A DNA stretch of 63,757 nucleotides, filler included, from Octopus bimaculoides (taxonomy: Eukaryota): assembly GCF_001194135.2 (NCBI RefSeq). It is 7 parts of 6 records of this genome, joined end to end, with 100 filler letters (N's around TTAATTAATTAA, not from the genome) between each part and the next. Parts side by side here need not be neighbours in the genome. Positions count along the whole stretch, not along the records: positions 62,619 to 63,757 come from NW_026425833.1; 6 more parts are not named here. One strand, 5' to 3'. The notes under the pieces were generated by a model. That model was not told where the DNA came from. It made no database searches and saw nothing but the letters and a program-made list of their open reading frames with translations. The translations under genes were made by a program, and so were the position numbers. Of the stretch, positions 62,620-63,757 are shown piece after piece; position 1 is the first letter of the stretch; each line of letters opens with the position of its first letter.

Positions 62620-63757
62620 TTATACCTCATAATTACCTCCAGACATACCTATTTTTTGGCACCCCTATAAATCTATACTTAAAATATACAAATATGGGTA
62701 TCTTCACTTCATCCATACAAGCTATAAAATTAACTTTCCCTTAGTCTAGATTGGATTGTAGTTACTATAGAGATAAGCTAATTAAGTAAACCTAAATATT
62801 TTTAGTTTTAGATATTGGATATATTAAATATTTTATTTAACTCTTATTTATTGTGATTACTAAATCACATATTTAAATTGAAATTAAACTTTTATAGCAT
62901 ATTTTTGATCTCTCACCCTAATGTATAATCTTCCTGTGGAAACTAAAATTTTAACTTTATCCATTGATGGTATATGGTTTTACTTAAATTTTTTCCATAT
63001 CACATTTGCTATTGCTGTTAGTTTAGTGTGTGTCTTACTTAATTTTAATGAATAGGATGTTTTGAAATTTTCTTAACAGTTTTTAATAGTTTTTTAAACC
63101 TTTTAAAATTTTATTCAATGCCTGACCCCAAAGGATTCATGTTATTCCATTGTTGTTGTAGTATTATTATTGTTATTTTATGGGTGACTTAAATAAATCT
63201 AATCCTTGTTCCATTATTATTTTGTACTTTGCCCATGTTAGTTAACACAAGTTCCTGATAATTTAAGATAGTGCAATCTAATTAAATTAGTACATAATTA
63301 TCATGTTCTCTATTATTAATAGTTTACTTCACCATTATATTCTATGTTAATTCCAATCATTCATTTTATCAGTTTCTTAAACCTTGATGAGTCCATCATT
63401 ATAAACCATGTAAATCCAATGTATCAATTCTTTACATTAATTATAAAATAAATTTTATCTCTTATGTGTTCTTTAAATGATATTAGATTTATAAGTTTAA
63501 TTTAAAATTTTAGTCCAATATATATAAAAAAAAATAAATTTCATATCGTATCCATGGTTCCTTATATTGATGTAAATAAGTCTAAATGTACTTTACCATA
63601 GCATTTTAAATTAATACCACTTCATGCTTTTTGTATACCGCATTAATTGTTTATTTACATTATTATACACTATTTCTTTTTATTTTAATATTAATTTATA
63701 ATTAGCTTTTATTTATTCACATATTAATTAAGTAAATATTGGTATCTCAAGTATTTC
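62620..63757 (-). mobile_element. Possibly highly decayed LINE sequence (AT-rich)
   Basis: A-rich minus strand with weak KYL.. and ..GINL motifs; no clean domain. Confidence 0.25.

Overview
Repeat-dominated, gap-rich eukaryotic DNA, most likely a coleoid cephalopod (Octopus-like). That assignment is an inference from recalled SINE motifs and the extreme microsatellite load, not a database result. I find no intact protein-coding gene. Nearly all ORF-track entries are artefacts of N-runs or (AT)n/(AC)n/(AG)n/(AAT)n repeats. The real coding signal is decayed transposons: several Penelope-like elements (RT, GIY-YIG, hammerhead-like termini), a mariner, a piggyBac, L1/Tx1-like LINE pieces, R4/Dong-like LINE ends with CCHC and restriction-like endonuclease (RLE) domains, and a Gypsy integrase scrap. 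About 20 SINE copies from at least 3 families are present (labelled A/B/C here). The most notable unexplained structures are: 11 nuclear-receptor-type RGGTCA half-sites in about 300 bp (8985-9279); a 41-bp-stem hairpin (47454-47572) beside an inverted duplicate of a strong 3' splice-acceptor-like sequence (47674-48197); a recurrent minimal hammerhead variant with a core A-to-U change; and a 42-bp array whose units translate like short LRR motifs (11332-11640). None is demonstrably a new system from sequence alone.
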